Below are positions 62,467 to 64,000 of a stretch of 64,000 bases of DNA, one piece after another. Where the stretch lies: the NCBI GenBank assembly GCA_021779535.1, contig JAJYAM010000001.1, positions 12,595 through 76,594 on the forward strand, given 5' to 3'. The stretch comes from Pseudomonadota bacterium. GTDB lineage: Bacteria > Pseudomonadota > Gammaproteobacteria > Steroidobacterales > Steroidobacteraceae. The notes below the pieces were generated by a model, which worked only from the letters and a program-made list of their open reading frames with translations, ran no database searches and was not told where the DNA came from. A program made the position numbers and the translations under genes. Numbering within the stretch: position 1 is the stretch's first letter; the number at the start of each line of letters is the position of its first letter.

Positions 62467-63491
62467 CCGTCCCCCGACCGGCCGTCGCGCGCGGCGGCGT
62501 ATCGCACGAACTCGGCGAGCCAGTCGCCGGCGCGCCCGCGATCGACCGCCTGCCGGGCGTGCTCGATCCCCTCGGCCAGCGTCGCCGCGCGCCCTGCGAC
62601 GTGCAGCGCGATGCCGGCTTGCAGCGCGAGCGCGTCCCGGTGCGGCCCGCGGTCGCGGCGCTCGAACACCGCGCGCAGCGCGGCGGCGTTTTCCCGGGCC
62701 GTGCCGCCGGCGAGGTCGGCCGGCGTGCAGCACGGCAGGCCGAACTCCAAGGGATCGATCCGTCGCGTCACGATCCGGTCGTCGCCGACCTCGTGGGCGT
62801 CGAACGGGCCGATCGGCGTCGCCTCGTCCCAGCCGGCCGCGCCGTGCACGACCCAGGCGCGCTCGATGTCCGTGCCGAGCAGGGTGCGCGCGATCAGCTG
62901 CGCGGTCGGCGCGTCGTACGCGCCGATCACCCGGAACCGCGGCGCCGCGGGGTTCGTCAGCGGCCCGAGCAGGTTGAACACCGTGCGCACGCCGAGTGCA
63001 CGGCGCACCGGCGCGATCACCGCCATCGCCGGATGGAAGTACGGGGCGAACAGGAACGTGAAGCCGGTGCGCTCGAGGCACTGCGCGGCCGCGTCCTCGT
63101 CGAGCGGCAGCTGCAAGCCGAGCGCCTCGATCACGTCGGCGCTCCCGCAGCGGCTCGACACGGAACGGTTCCCGTGCTTCACGACGGGCAGACCGCACGC
63201 CGCCGCCAGCAACGCCGCGCCGGTCGACAGATTCAGGCTTCCGGAGGCGTCGCCGCCCGTGCCGACGATGTCGACCGCATCGAACCGCGGTGGCAGCTTC
63301 GGTCGGCGGGCGAGCGCGCGCATCGCGCGCGCGAAACCCCGCAACTCGTCGGCGGTGACCCCCTTCGCGCGCAGGGCCGCGAGCACCGCCCCCGCGAACG
63401 CCGGCGGGGTCTGCGGCTCGGCCAGCGCCTCGAGCAACTCGACCGCTCGCGCCTCGTCGAGATCGCGCCGCTCGAGCAGCGCTTCGAGCAT
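62463..63491 (-). CDS. trpD: anthranilate phosphoribosyltransferase
   Basis: DIVGTGGDASGSLNLST, KHGNRSVSS. An alternative GTG start is at 63509. Confidence 0.9.
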   Translation of the reverse strand: MLEALLERRDLDEARAVELLEALAEPQTPPAFAGAVLAALRAKGVTADELRGFARAMRALARRPKLPPRFDAVDIVGTGGDASGSLNLSTGAALLAAACGLPVVKHGNRSVSSRCGSADVIEALGLQLPLDEDAAAQCLERTGFTFLFAPYFHPAMAVIAPVRRALGVRTVFNLLGPLTNPAAPRFRVIGAYDAPTAQLIARTLLGTDIERAWVVHGAAGWDEATPIGPFDAHEVGDDRIVTRRIDPLEFGLPCCTPADLAGGTARENAAALRAVFERRDRGPHRDALALQAGIALHVAGRAATLAEGIEHARQAVDRGRAGDWLAEFVRYAAARDGRSGDG

Positions 63492-63511
63492 CTCCCGCGC
63501 CGTCGACACCG

Positions 63512-64000
63512 TCAGCCCTTCAGGAAATTCGCCATGATCCGCGGGCCTTCGGGCGTGAGCACGCTCTCGGGGTGGAACTGCACGCCCTCGATCGGCAGCG
63601 TCCGGTGACGCACGCCCATGATTTCGCCTTCCGGCGTGCGGGCGGTGATCTCGAGCGCATCGGGAAACGCCGCGGGCTCCGCGATCAGCGAATGATAGCG
63701 TCCGGCGGCGAACCCCTGCGTCACGCCCGCGAACACGCCTCGGCCGTCGTGCGAGACCGGCGATACCTTGCCGTGCATCAAGCGGCCGGCGCGCACGACC
63801 CGGCCGCCGAACGCCTCGACGAGCGCCTGGTGCCCGAGGCACACGCCGAGGATCGGCCGGCGGCCGGCGAAGGCTTCGATCATCGCGAGCGACACGCCGG
63901 CGTCGCGCGGCGTACCCGGTCCCGGCGAGATCACCAGGTGGCTGTGATCCATCGCGAGCGCCTCGTCGACGCGGATCGCGTCATTGCGGCGGACGTCGAC
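63512..64000 (-). CDS. trpG: anthranilate synthase component II (glutamine amidotransferase), 5' end outside the window
   Basis: LVISPGPG, GVCLGHQ, GVQFHPES. The reading frame stays open to position 64000. Confidence 0.9.
   Translation of the reverse strand, partial: VDVRRNDAIRVDEALAMDHSHLVISPGPGTPRDAGVSLAMIEAFAGRRPILGVCLGHQALVEAFGGRVVRAGRLMHGKVSPVSHDGRGVFAGVTQGFAAGRYHSLIAEPAAFPDALEITARTPEGEIMGVRHRTLPIEGVQFHPESVLTPEGPRIMANFLKG

Overview
Very GC-rich (by eye; not computed) chromosomal core segment with gammaproteobacterial, Pseudomonas/Xanthomonadales-like gene order. It is densely packed with about 75 genes, many joined by 4-nt ATGA/GTGA stop/start overlaps. Recognisable blocks: coaD'-rsmD / ftsYEX-rpoH; gcdH; gltBD; ptrB; an ABC-2 exporter cluster; nudC; an argR-argG-X-argC-argD-argF'-argB-argH operon; lptM-polA-(sRNA)-engB-cc4-dsbA; tRNA-Arg(CCG); comM-ubiK / two P-II genes; hemCD; dapF-DUF484-xerC-hslVU-DUF971-ubiE-ubiJ-ubiB; trpGDCFBA. 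I saw no transposase, integrase, phage, CRISPR or recognisable defence genes. The long antisense or out-of-frame ORFs in the track (up to 2113 aa) are GC-driven shadow ORFs. Most worth follow-up, in order: (1) an uncharacterised 362-aa P-loop-like protein translationally coupled inside the arginine operon, which lacks argA/argJ/argE; (2) a divergent FlhC-like / possible FlhD-like pair in a non-flagellar, non-mobile context; (3) a receiver-TM-periplasmic OmpA-like protein beside a SPOR lipoprotein; (4) a predicted sigma-E-driven sRNA at the polA-engB locus, where Spot42 and ErsA lie in other species; (5) a sigma-54-promoted P-II paralogue with a replaced T-loop upstream of a canonical P-II gene. 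All functional calls come from reading motifs and from remembered family signatures. No database search was run.
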